A stretch of 63,181 nt of DNA, filler included, from Thraustochytrium aureum (Eukaryota), in assembly GCA_012862495.1 (NCBI GenBank). It is 7 parts of 5 records of this genome, joined end to end, with 100 filler letters (N's around TTAATTAATTAA, not from the genome) between each part and the next. Parts side by side here need not be neighbours in the genome. Positions count along the whole stretch, not along the records: positions 42,717 to 57,805 come from BLSG01000097.1; positions 57,906 to 59,883 come from BLSG01000097.1; 5 more parts are not named here. One strand, written 5' to 3'. Made by a program: the position numbers and the translations under genes. Below the pieces are notes generated by a model. The model searched no databases. It was not told the DNA's origin and saw nothing but the letters and a program-made list of their open reading frames with translations. Positions within the stretch are counted from its first letter, which is position 1, and each line of letters opens with the position of its first letter. Below, in pieces: positions 49,201-59,983 of this stretch.

Positions 49201-52200
49201 GCGCAGCTGCCGCGGCAGGCTGACCGCACCGCGCTGCAGGTCCTGACGGTGATCCAATATCTCCTCAAATACATTGTGCAAGTCGAGCTGCCGTGGCAGG
49301 CGGGGGCCGGCACGCAGGTCTCGCACGAAGAGCGGCTGGCCGGCGCGCAGCGGCGGCTGTGCAAAATGGGGGCAGTGGAGATGTGCTTTGAGCTGTTTTG
49401 TATCAGCACATCCCAAGAGGTGGACCGCGCTACGATAACCACGCTTATCGGACTGCTGGAGGGCGGCTCGCGCTTCGTGCAAGAGCACCTGCTTGGCCTG
49501 CTCGTGAGCCCGCGCGGGGAGCGCTACTTTACCAAGCTCGACGCGCTCTTTAGGACCATTGCGGAGGCCGCCAGACTCGAGATCAAGCTGCAGAAGAAGC
49601 GTCGCATGCAGGATGAAGTAGCGCTCGCCCGCGACGAGACGGACAGCGCCTCTGTGGTCTCGGGGGCCTCGTCCGTCGCGGATGACTCTGTCGCGGCAAC
49701 CTCGCACGGCGAGAAGTCCACGCTCGACGACTCGTCCTCCTCGAGCGGGAGCGAGGCCGAGGAGGACGACGTCGCGGACATCGACTCGCTGAGCGAGACC
49801 GGCGAGGACGATGGGGGGGACGGCACCGGTGAGCTGGCGCGAACGATTTCTCTTAGAAGGCAGCGTTGTGACAGCGGTTTGGGCCTCGTCGGCGCTGAGT
49901 TGCCGCCTGGAAGTGGTAGCGACGAGGAAGGCGCAGGGAGGGTGGACCTGGAGGGCTTGTTTGAGCTCGGCGGCCCCCGCCCAAAACGAGCGCTGCGGCG
50001 GCGACGCAACCAAGCCGAGCTGGTTCAGAGGCAGAACGCGCGCGACATAGTGAGCGTGATCCGGTTTCTGCAGCTCTGCATGGAAGGCCATTATCTCGAG
50101 ATGCAAAACCTGCTCCGCGACCAGAGCGCGGTCACGGCTCATCGGCAGAGCGTCAACATCATTCTCGCGGCGGTGGGGCATGCGCGGATCCTCACGAAGA
50201 ACACCCAGATCCTGATGGGGGCCGACCGCGCTGTGCTTTCGCAGCTGACAGGGATTTTCAACTTTCTGATTGAGTCGATGCAGGGCCCTTGCTACGAGAA
50301 CGAGACCTTGCTCGCCGACCCGCTCAACCGCGTGGTGGAGATGATTAAGACGTTTTGGTGACTCCGTTTGCCCTTGCAGACGCCTTTCTCGGCTCTGCGC
50401 GCGGCCACGCCGCTGGGAGCGAGCCGGGCGGCGAGAGCTGGGCCCAGTCGAATGAGGCTGCGAAACCCTTGGCAGAGCCACCGGCGTCGCGCGAGGAGGG
50501 CGACGCGGAGCTTTCCGAGGATGATGTTCTTGACGCGCTAGCGGTGTTGGAGCTCAAGGGCAAAGCGATGCGCACGATGGTGTCAATGCTGGAGGGGCGG
50601 CAGGACGCGCAGGTGATCGACATCCTGGCTTCCGAGCTACCGCCAGCGCTCCTTCGCGCTCGTTTCGTCGAGATCCACGGCGCGATCAAGCACTTTGAAC
50701 GCATGGGGAACAGCACAGAGCGCCAGCTACTCCTGGAGCAGGGCATTGACGCGATGACGATACTGACCGCGCTTGCCGACCACTTGCGGGAAAAGGTCTC
50801 GCGCGAGGCGGACGAGGCAGCTATGGCCGAGCACAAGGCGCAGTTTGCATGCAGCGCCGAGGAGAGCCATGCGATTCGTTTTTTGCCGAGGAGATTCGGA
50901 GCGTCGAGGTCTTGTTCAAAGGCTCGGTGCACCGCGTGTTCTTCCCCAAGCCGCAGGCGCTGCGCTTCCTCTCAAAGTCGGCGCGCAAGCGGCTGATGCA
51001 GGAGATCGACGTCACGAACGCGGACACCAAGCTGCGCGACTTTGTGGAGGCGGCTCGCTCGCTTTTGGACGAGATGACGCAGACGCAGCAGATCTGCGAG
51101 GCCATGCCGCGCTCGCTACCGTCCAAGCGGCTTTTGATGGACCTGGACTTGTTCAGGCAGGTTGCGTACGGGATGGCGCTGATGACCAACCTGCTCCTGC
51201 TGTTGAGCGTGGTGGGGCCAGCCGGCCCAGACCACGTGGAGGGCCAGCCCGTTTGCAGAGGGCAACCGGCCTCGGCTGCTTGGGCGGATGTCTTTCCGGG
51301 CAGCGGGCTTGGCTCGGCCCTGGAGAAGAGCCTACAGGCGATGGGGCCGGGGACGGGCCGCGAGGCGTGCCAGGTCCTTGCCCGGGGGCTTGTGGTGGGC
51401 CAGATTGTCCTGCTCGTGATGCTGCGAGCCCTGCATTTGGGACGCANNNNNNNNNNNNNNNNNNNNNNNNNNNNNNNNNNNNNNNNNNNNNNNNNNNNNN
51501 NNNNNNNNNNNNNNNNNNNNNNNNNNNNNNNNNNNNNNNNNNNNNNNNNNNNNNNNNNNNNNNNNNNNNNNNNNNNNNNNNNNNNNNNNNNNNNNNNNNN
51601 NNNNNNNNNNNNNNNNNNNNNNNNNNNNNNNNNNNNNNNNNNNNNNNNNNNNNNNNNNNNNNNNNNNNNNNNNNNNNNNNNNNNNNNNNNNNNNNNNNNN
51701 NNNNNNNNNNNNNNNNNNNNNNNNNNNNNNNNNNNNNNNNNNNNNNNNNNNNNNNNNNNNNNNNNNNNNNNNNNNNNNNNNNNNNNNNNNNNNNNNNNNN
51801 NNNNNNNNNNNNNNNNNNNNNNNNNNNNNNNNNNNNNNNNNNNNNNNNNNNNNNNNNNNNNNNNNNNNNNNNNNNNNNNNNNNNNNNNNNNNNNNNNNNN
51901 NNNNNNNNNNNNNNNNNNNNNNNNNNNNNNNNNNNNNNNNNNNNNNNNNNNNNNNNNNNNNNNNNNNNNNNNNNNNNNNNNNNNNNNNNNNCATCATCAT
52001 TGATACGTTCGGGTCGCTGCGCGAGCAGCAGCACGACCGCGAGACCCAGCTGCAGAACTTTTGCTTTATCTGCGGGCTGCCGCGGGCCGAGTTTGACGCG
52101 CTGTCAATGGAGTACCGGCAGCGCCAGGACGCGCTGCCGCACGCGGCTGGTACGCAGGTCAAGGGAGGGTTTCGCTACCACATCAACAACGAGCACTGCC

Positions 52201-52511
52201 TCTTTGACTACATGGCGTTCGTGCTGCACCTGGAGGAGAAGGACAGGACGGAGTGCAACGGGGTCGAGAGCTTTGTGCTGGACGAGCTCGCCAAAACGGG
52301 CGGGGACTCGGTGTCGTGGATCCCTGTGGGCCAGGCGCTTGCGCTGGGCAGCGCGAATGACGAGGAGGACTCGGCTTCGGCCTTCCAGCAGGTCGAGAGC
52401 TCTTTGTTGCGGGCGTTGCAGCGCCAGGCTCGCCGCATTTCGCGGCTCGAAGTCAAGCTGGACATGGTCCTGGACCAGGGAAAGTGGACGGGCGGCCCTC
52501 GCGAGGCCTGA
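43250..52511 (+). CDS. Inositol 1,4,5-trisphosphate/ryanodine receptor-type Ca2+ release channel (ITPR-like); several gaps and frameshifts
   Basis: Beta-trefoil/MIR segments (LLLGDIVTL, VRYGQVIQLRHIKS, FQVMPRFKVRTEG, ISLRHLVTGRYL); RIH-associated FLQLCMEGHYLEMQNLLRDQ and ESMQGPCYEN; SVEV...RVFFP; C-terminal IIIDTFGSLRE..CFICG..HINNEH..Y. Confidence 0.9.
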
Positions 52512-52621
52512 TTTTTGTGCCAATCGCGCAAGTTTGATCCAACTTGATGATATTTTACACTCGATTTCGTTGTTGCTCTCGAGCGCGTGTCGTGCGAGTG
52601 CGAGGCCAAGCGGCTGCGGCA

Positions 52622-52794
52622 GGGCCAAGCCGCAACTCCGCCGCCCATCAGACTGTGTAGCCAGAGACGTCGAGCTTGTCGAATCGGGAGACCTTTGGGC
52701 CCGTGGGGCCAAGCCGCAACTCCGCCGCCCATCAGACAGTGTAGCCAGAGACGTTGTGCTTGTCGAATCGGGAGACCTTTGGGCCCGTGGGGCC
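52622..52794. repeat. 84-bp tandem duplication (two copies)
   Basis: GGGCCAAGCCGCAACTCC...CTTTGGGCCCGTGG starts at 52622 and at 52706, with few mismatches. Confidence 0.9.
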
Positions 52795-53013
52795 TGCGCC
52801 CTGCTGCTCCGGCTCGGCGTATTCGACCCCAAGCTTGTCGCAAAACTCCTTGCGGTCCTCGGGGTATTTGAACAGTCGCTTCATGCCTTGGCTCACAAAC
52901 TCGTCGCGCCCGGCCTCCTGCACGGCCTCGTATATCACGCAGGCGGCTTCGATCTTGCTTGCCGAGTCGTGGCACTCGGCCACGAGCTGGAGCGCCTGCT
53001 CGGCCGACAGCTC
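52732..53013 (-). CDS. C-terminal fragment of a hypothetical protein (DUF4476-like helical pattern)
   Basis: LSAEQALQLVAECHDSASKIEAACVIY...LFKYPEDRKEFCDKLG; the N-terminus lies in the gap. Confidence 0.45.
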   Translation of the reverse strand, partial: ELSAEQALQLVAECHDSASKIEAACVIYEAVQEAGRDEFVSQGMKRLFKYPEDRKEFCDKLGVEYAEPEQQGAGPTGPKVSRFDKHNVSGYTV

Positions 53014-53943
53014 NNNNNNNNNNNNNNNNNNNNNNNNNNNNNNNNNNNNNNNNNNNNNNNNNNNNNNNNNNNNNNNNNNNNNNNNNNNNNNNNNNNNNNN
53101 NNNNNNNNNNNNNNNNNNNNNNNNNNNNNNNNNNNNNNNNNNNNNNNNNNNNNNNNNNNNNNNNNNNNNNNNNNNNNNNNNNNNNNNNNNNNNNNNNNNN
53201 NNNNNNNNNNNNNNNNNNNNNNNNNNNNNNNNNNNNNNNNNNNNNNNNNNNNNNNNNNNNNNNNNNNNNNNNNNNNNNNNNNNNNNNNNNNNNNNNNNNN
53301 NNNNNNNNNNNNNNNNNNNNNNNNNNNNNNNNNNNNNNNNNNNNNNNNNNNNNNNNNNNNNNNNNNNNNNNNNNNNNNNNNNNNNNNNNNNNNNNNNNNN
53401 NNNNNNNNNNNNNNNNNNNNNNNNNNNNNNNNNNNNNNNNNNNNNNNNNNNNNNNNNNNNNNNNNNNNNNNNNNNNNNNNNNNNNNNNNNNNNNNNNNNN
53501 NNNNNNNNNNNNNNNNNNNNNNNNNNNNNNNNNNNNNNNNNNNNNNNNNNNNNNNNNNNNNNNNNNNNNNNNNNNNNNNNNNNNNNNNNNNNNNNNNNNN
53601 NNNNNNNNNNNNNNNNNNNNNNNNNNNNNNNNNNNNNNNNNNNNNNNNNNNNNNNNNNNNNNNNNNNNNNNNNNNNNNNNNNNNNNNNNNNNNNNNNNNN
53701 NNNNNNNNNNNNNNNNNNNNNNNNNNNNNNNNNNNNNNNNNNNNNNNNNNNNNNNNNNNNNNNNNNNNNNNNNNNNNNNNNNNNNNNNNNNNNNNNNNNN
53801 NNNNNNNNNNNNNNNNNNNNNNNNNNNNNNNNNNNNNNNNNNNNNNNNNNNNNNNNNNNNNNNNNNNNNNNNNNNNNNNNNNNNNNNNNNNNNNNNNNNN
53901 NNNNNNNNNNNNNNNNNNNNNNNNNNNNNNNNNNNNNNNNNNN

Positions 53944-55365
53944 CGAGTCAAAGTGACGATCACGACAGGCAACCGGCGTGGGGCTGGCACGACTGCTCAG
54001 GTCTTTGTTCAGCTCATCGGGCGACGGGGCGAGACGGAGGAGATTGAGATCGCAGGCGAGTTTGTGCGCGACTCGGTGGTACGCGAGACGCTGCGGCCTG
54101 GCGTGGACCTAGGACCGATTCGGGCGCTGCGCGTGGGCCACGACAACGAGGGCGAGGTGGGTGTCGGATGGTACCTTGAAAGCGTCGAGCTCGAGTACGC
54201 GGAGGAGCCCGAGGGAGGCCAGGGCGACCCGCGCTCGCTGCGCTTGCGGTTTCCGGTGCGGAGGTGGCTCGGCAAGTCGGACATTGGACGCGGGACCTAT
54301 CCGACCTCTGTGCGGCTCAAGGTGAGCATCCTGGACTCGATGACCGACCCGACGAGCTTTGGCGTCCCCGAGCCGGTCTCGGGCGCCCCGTCAGCCAAGC
54401 CCCTGTTTGTTGAGACGGGGGTAGCGGCCTTTCCGCACCCGGACAAGGTCAAGGCGGGCGAGCGCGCCCTGGTCCGCGCCGACGTGGGCCAGGCCGGCGA
54501 GGACGCCTACTCAGTGGCGGTGGTGGAGCACCCGGACACGGGCCTGCTCGAGCAGCTGGAAAACCTGCCAGCCGGCGCGCTGTCGGACAGCAAGCTGCCG
54601 ACGACATTGACAATAACTGTGGCGGACGGCGTCTTTTCGTGGCGCGAGCAAGGCATCGACGCCGGCGAGTGGTCTCGGTACCTGGTGCGTACTGTACGGC
54701 ACCAAATGCAGCACCACGTGCGCGACGCTGGCGGCGAATGGGAGCCGACGCGGCCCTGGCACGAGCAGTACGAGCTCTTGGGCCTGACGCCTCCGATTGT
54801 TCCGTTACGGCACCCGCTGGAGGCCCTCAGCCTGGCGGAGGACAGGCTGCGGCAGACGGACATTCGCGGGTCGAGCACCGCGTGCGTGGCCAGCATCCAC
54901 GGCTTGGACAGGTCTTTGCTAGTTGCCAACTTGGGCGACTCTGGGCTGTGCGTGTTCCGGCCGAACTTGGGGCTCGTTTTCCGCACCCCAGAGCAGGAGC
55001 ACAGCTTTGGGTACCCTTTCCAGCTCGGGCACCACGAGGTTTCTGACCACGCCTCAGACGCGCAGGTTTTCGCGTTTCCCCTTTGCGAGGGCGATGTGAT
55101 CGTTGTGGCTTCGGACGGGCTCTTTGACAACCTGGAGGAGGGCGACATGGAGGCGCTGCTCAGCGGCGTCTTGCGCAGCTCGGGTTCTGGGCGCGGCAGG
55201 CTTGCGACCAAGTGCGCCCACGAGCTGGCTTCGCGCGCGTTTCTCAACTCGGTGGACAAGGCGAAGGACACGCCGTTTTCGCGCAACGCCGCGGAGGAGT
55301 TCAACTTGGTCTGGCACGGCGGGAAGCGCGACGACATAACTGTGGTGTGCGCGCTGATTTCGTAG
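53944..55365 (+). CDS. PLAT/LH2 domain fused to a PTC7-type PP2C phosphatase (5' end in gap)
   Basis: PLAT: VTITTG..RGAGTTAQVFVQLIG..DLG.I..LRVGHDN..GWYLESV..FPVRRWL. PP2C: AGEDA, VADGVFSW, GSSTAC, ANLGDSG, HSFGYPFQLG, ASDGLFDN, GGKRDDITV. Confidence 0.9.
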   Translation, partial: RVKVTITTGNRRGAGTTAQVFVQLIGRRGETEEIEIAGEFVRDSVVRETLRPGVDLGPIRALRVGHDNEGEVGVGWYLESVELEYAEEPEGGQGDPRSLRLRFPVRRWLGKSDIGRGTYPTSVRLKVSILDSMTDPTSFGVPEPVSGAPSAKPLFVETGVAAFPHPDKVKAGERALVRADVGQAGEDAYSVAVVEHPDTGLLEQLENLPAGALSDSKLPTTLTITVADGVFSWREQGIDAGEWSRYLVRTVRHQMQHHVRDAGGEWEPTRPWHEQYELLGLTPPIVPLRHPLEALSLAEDRLRQTDIRGSSTACVASIHGLDRSLLVANLGDSGLCVFRPNLGLVFRTPEQEHSFGYPFQLGHHEVSDHASDAQVFAFPLCEGDVIVVASDGLFDNLEEGDMEALLSGVLRSSGSGRGRLATKCAHELASRAFLNSVDKAKDTPFSRNAAEEFNLVWHGGKRDDITVVCALIS

Positions 55366-55645
55366 AGTACGTGAGGCCGTGTGTGGTGGTTTGCCTCTGG
55401 CTCTCGCTTGATAAGGTTCCCGAAGGGGGGGGCGGATCGATGTGTGGTGGGTTCTGTGTCTGGTGCGCACGACTGAGAGCTCCGGGTCGGGTCACCCTCT
55501 TTACTCTCTACTAGCCTAGCTAGCTGAGGCTGGAGCTAGCTCTAGAGAGCTCTAGAGGCTAGAGAGCGTGTTCTGAAGTCGATAGCAGCTGCGTCGTTGT
55601 GGGTGGGAGGTGCGCGCTCTATCGCAAGACGTTTTTAGTTTCTAT

Positions 55646-57084
55646 TTATTCTCGAGAGAAAGACTGCACCGCCCCGCGGCTACAGGACTGCTTCGCCATG
55701 GACTCGCCGTCCGGCGCCGAGGCGGTCTGCCGCTTGAGGTTGGCCCGCGACTGCAGCACAAAGGCCTCGAGGCGCGTCAGGGCCGCCTCCAAGGCTTTGG
55801 AAGGCACAGCCGCAAAGCAAACTCTGAAAAAGCCCGGACGCGAGAAGTGGCAGTCGCGGCCCGGGGTCATGAGCACCTTTGCGTTCGTCGCCATCTTTTC
55901 GAACAGCGCGCGTTCTCCTGCCCAGTCCCCGGGCGACTCGAGCAGGCCAGCGAGGTCGACGACGAGGAAGATGCCCGAGGCAGGGCGCACGAAGGGGACC
56001 CGCAGGCGCTCGCACCAGGCCGTGAAGCGCGAGCAGGCGTTGGCGAGGAAGTCGTTGTTTTGCAGCAAGTACGATCCATCCAGGTCGCGTCGCTGAAGAG
56101 CTCGAAGAGGATCTCCTGGCCGGGCGCGCTGACGCAGTGAAAGTAGCCAAAGTTGTGCAGCGCTTGCTGCAGCTCGGCGTGTTCGCTGTAGCAAAACCCC
56201 GCGCGGTAGCCGCTGAGCGTGAGGTCCTTGGAGACGCCGTACACGATGTGGATGTCGCTGCCAAGTTTCCCTTGCGGCGCGCGCTCGCCGAGTGCGACTC
56301 TAGCAATGCTGGTGAAAGGGGGCGCCCCGGCGTGCGGACTGTGCCCGCTGCACGCGTAGACCTCGTCGCACACGAGGTGCATGTCGTTGGCTCGAGCGAA
56401 CCTAATCGCGGTCTCGAGCTCTGCCGGCGAGTAGTTTGTACCGAGCGGGTTTTGCGGGTTGGTGATCAGGAGCATCCGCGGGCGGTTTCCGGACGCCCGC
56501 GCCCTGTCCACGGCGGCCTGCAGGCTCGATTCCAAGAGTTGGCCTTCTGGGCCCTGGTCGGCGGGGAAGAGGACGAGCCCGGCGCGCAGCGTGAGGTCGT
56601 TGTCGAAGGCAGGATAGTAGGGCGCGGGAATGACGCAGGCGTCACCTGGCTCGCAGAGGCTCCACGCCAACAGCTCGAGCACGGCGCCGCAGCCAGCGGT
56701 GACCAGGAGGTTGTTCCAGTCAAACTTGAAGTCGTCCGGCGCCGCCTGCCCACCCATAAACCGCGTGTCCATGAACTTGCAGACGGCCTTGCGCAGGGAG
56801 GGGTGGCCTTTCATGTCGTCGTAGAAGGGCGTGACGCCGCCTCCAGGACCGGGCGGCTCCTCGCCCGCTTTGCTCGCCGCGAGCGCGGCGAGTGCGGCCA
56901 CGATCCTGGGCCGCAGCAGCGACTCGTACGCGAGCACGTTCTCCGCGACCGCGAGCACGATAAACCCGCTCTCGTTCGTCTCAGGCGCGAACCTGTCCGC
57001 CCCGGCGCTCAGGACGAGTTCCAAGTAGCTCAGCGCCGGCTCGAGGCCTTTGCGGCCGCGCTCGGACAGGTGCGTCAGCGCCAT
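55646..57084 (-). CDS. ACC-synthase-like PLP-dependent class I aminotransferase (frameshift near 56073)
   Basis: AVAENVL; PYYPAFDNDL; NPQNPLG; CDEVY; SKD (PLP Lys); GFFRVCFA. Confidence 0.88.
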
Positions 57085-57157
57085 TTCACCAGCGCAGGAG
57101 GACGCAAGCCGCGGCGCGCAGCACCAGAGCCGGCCCACTCGCGCGCCAGTCCCCAGG

Positions 57158-57203
57158 CCGTCGTCCGTCGTCCGTCGTCCGTCGTCCGTCGTCCGTCGTC
57201 CGT
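57158..57203 (+). repeat. (CCGTCGT)n 7-bp tandem repeat
   Basis: About 6 perfect units upstream of the ACS-like start. Confidence 0.9.
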
Positions 57204-57905
57204 GCCTCGAGCCTCTCCAATCGAGAATGGACGCCGCAGCATCGAGGCTACCTGCGACAAACAAAACAAACAACAACAAACATCAACGCTTCTCCGCCAC
57301 CGAGACCCTTGGCTACTCTTGAATATCGCGAGGTAACTCTTGAATACCAGTATTTCGTCCTTGCTTTAATTGTATTGGTATTCAAGATCCTAAATCAGCC
57401 TGGTCGGTGGTGCGCTGAAACAAAAGCAGGCGCATCGCTTGGGTTAAAACATCACTTCGGCGATGTGTTCCGGTATTGTTGAGGCCGCCCTGCCAAAAGT
57501 GGTCACGCGCCCGGCCGAGGGGCAATAAATCTATGCACCCGTCGCCCTTCCAGGGTCCTCTAAGAGGCGCTGGCGTCCCCAAAGGGTTTTCCGGGACTTT
57601 CCCCGCTCGTCTTGGCGCCCTCTGTGCGGCCCGCAGAGGCGGCCTGCCAGCTCCTCCCATCTTCGGCAGAGGGGCGGCGCTCGTTTCTCAGGAGGTTGCG
57701 GCGCCCGCTCACACGCAGCAGAACAGCGTGCAGTTCTCCTGCGGGGTTCTGCGCGGCCTGCTTGTGCATGCAATGGGGGTTGTTGAATGGGTTGCGTTGA
57801 TTGTANNNNNNNNNNNNNNNNNNNNNNNNNNNNNNNNNNNNNNNNNNNNTTAATTAATTAANNNNNNNNNNNNNNNNNNNNNNNNNNNNNNNNNNNNNNN
57901 NNNNN

Positions 57906-58513
57906 TGGGCTGCATCGAGGCCACCATGATCGTCACCCCGTTCGAAGTGATCAAGACGCGCCTGCAAAAGCAGGTCAACATCCCGGGCCAGGCCCCCAAG
58001 TACAAGGGCCCCATCGACGTCGTCGTCAAGGTGGTGCGCGAGGAAGGCCTGCGCCGCATGTGGTCCGGCAACATGCCGACCGTGATCCGCCAGGGCTCGA
58101 ACCAGGCCTTCAACTTTATGACCATGGCCATCCTCAACGAGGCGCTTTGGGGCAAGAAGCAGGGCGACGGCAAGGTGCTCGCGGCCTGGCAGACGCTCCT
58201 CAACGGCCTCCTCGCCGGCGCCGTCGGGCCTTGCATGAACTGCCCCGTGGATGTGATCAAGACGCGCATGATGGCCCAGGACTACCACGACCCAGACAAC
58301 GTAAAGTACAAGAACTGGCACCAGGCTGCCCGCCTCATCGCCAAGGAGGAGGGTGTGGCGGCGCTGTGGAAGGGCCTGATCCCCCGCCTCACGCGCCTCG
58401 CCCCTGGCCAGGCCATCACCTGGACCGTCGTCATGCGCGTGTCTGCGTACGCAGAGAACTACTTTGCACAGCAGGCCGAAGCGGAGCGATTTGCAAAGCC
58501 GGAGGCGGCCTGA
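57906..58513 (+). CDS. SFC1: Mitochondrial carrier, succinate/fumarate carrier SFC1-like (5' partial)
   Basis: PFEVIKTRLQ and PVDVIKTRMM carrier signatures; RQGSNQA and RLAPGQAITW are typical of SFC1. Confidence 0.8.
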
Positions 58514-58624
58514 TTTTTTTCCAACCCTTCTATTTTCCCGCTCTGTTTCGCCAACTCTACCTTGTTGAACCACAGCAGGCAGGACCTCGCCTTGCACCTC
58601 CGAAAACCCAAACCAGACCAATCG

Positions 58625-59883
58625 TCACGTTCGCAGAAGGGCTTGCAGCGTCGTGGGCTCCCATGCCCCCCCTTGGATAGCAGCTGTCCAGCAGACGCCA
58701 TCTCGGAGCAGTACCTGCCGCTCGCCGCCAAGAACGTAAACCGGCAATCCCGACGACGACACTCTGCCGCTCGGGTCGCGCATGAAGGTCTTCCCGAGTT
58801 GGGCTGACGCGGCGTCCAGAAACTCTCGCAGAGGCATATCCTCCGCCTCGTCGGCACGGCGGGCTGCCGTGGCGGCGACGGGCGCCGCGCCGCTGCTCCC
58901 CGCTTCGCCCGGTCGCACGAGCCGGACGCGACTGCGCTTTCGATCTTGCAGCGCTCCCTCGAAAGAGCTGGCATGTGGAGCGTCCCCGCTGTGAAACGCC
59001 GCGAGCCCGGCCGAAGCCCCAATTTGCGCAAGTGCGCGCCCCATGCAGGCCTCCACCCGCGCGTCGCCCAGCTCGAGAAGCGGCCCCAACTCGCGCTTCC
59101 AGCCCCGGTACCAGATCGCAGCGTCACCGAGAACCGACGGCGACGGCACTGCAAGCCATGCACCAAGCGCCGCGAGCCAGCGCGGGAAAAAGCAGGCCTC
59201 AAATGCTGCGCACAGGGCGTCGGGGGAGACCAGGTCGCGGACCGCGAGTGCTGCGCGGACCGCGCCGAGGTCTTGCTTGGCTGGGTTGATGTCGAGCGCG
59301 CCGAGGGCGGCAGCGACGCGCGGCGCGAGGCCCTCGTCGCCCAGGCGCTCGAACGAGCCGGCGCTCATCACGCTCCTCCACGGGGCGACATGGGCCCGCC
59401 CCCATCGACTCAATCTTAGCGACGGTGTCGCAGTGCGCGGCGAGCTGCGAGGTTAGCTTTTGGCGAATCCCGCGATGCAGCTTTGAGCGAATCGGCTTGC
59501 GCAGCAGGCCGACCCACGGAAGAACCCATCGATCAAGGCGGTCGCCCCAGCGCGCTGCGCGATCCAAGGCCCACCGCTCCACGCGCCGCTCTAGATCGGG
59601 CATCACAGCCCTGTTCGCGGCCGCTTCTATCAGCTCGCGCGAGACGAATGGCGCCACGGCGTCCAGCACGGCAAGGCACGTGCGGTCGGCTCGCAGCCGA
59701 CTTGCGAGCCCGTCTTCGTCCCGGCGCTGCGCGTCCGCGGCGTTCCACCAGCCGCGCGCGAGCGTCTCGAGGCGGTCCAGAACAGTCTCGCTCAGCAGCT
59801 TGTCAATCAACGTCTGGCTAAGGTGCACGCGGTCGCGCAGAAACGGGCCCCAGGCTGCCAAGGCCGCGCCAAGCTCTGCAGCG
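58625..59883 (-). CDS. TFIP11: Tuftelin-interacting protein 11 (Ntr1/STIP)-like, C-terminal part (frameshift near 59420)
   Basis: WVLPW; FFPRWLAALGAWL; WYRGWK; C-terminal LREFL..G..F...G..VY motif. Confidence 0.75.
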
Positions 59884-59983
59884 NNNNNNNNNNNNNNNNN
59901 NNNNNNNNNNNNNNNNNNNNNNNNNNNTTAATTAATTAANNNNNNNNNNNNNNNNNNNNNNNNNNNNNNNNNNNNNNNNNNNN

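Noticed and set aside
50773..55365. 1530-aa ORF linking the ITPR region to PLAT-PP2C
   Set aside because: An artefact of reading through Ns. ITPR stops at 52511 and an opposite-strand gene end intervenes.
41491..58513. Fumarase plus succinate/fumarate carrier as a metabolic cluster
   Set aside because: They lie on different scaffolds separated by linkers.
2260..59430. Many frameshifts read as programmed frameshifting, RNA editing or mass pseudogenisation
   Set aside because: They hit essential genes (SRP54, TFIP11, fumarase), often sit in homopolymers and share no slippery motif. Sequencing error is the simplest explanation.
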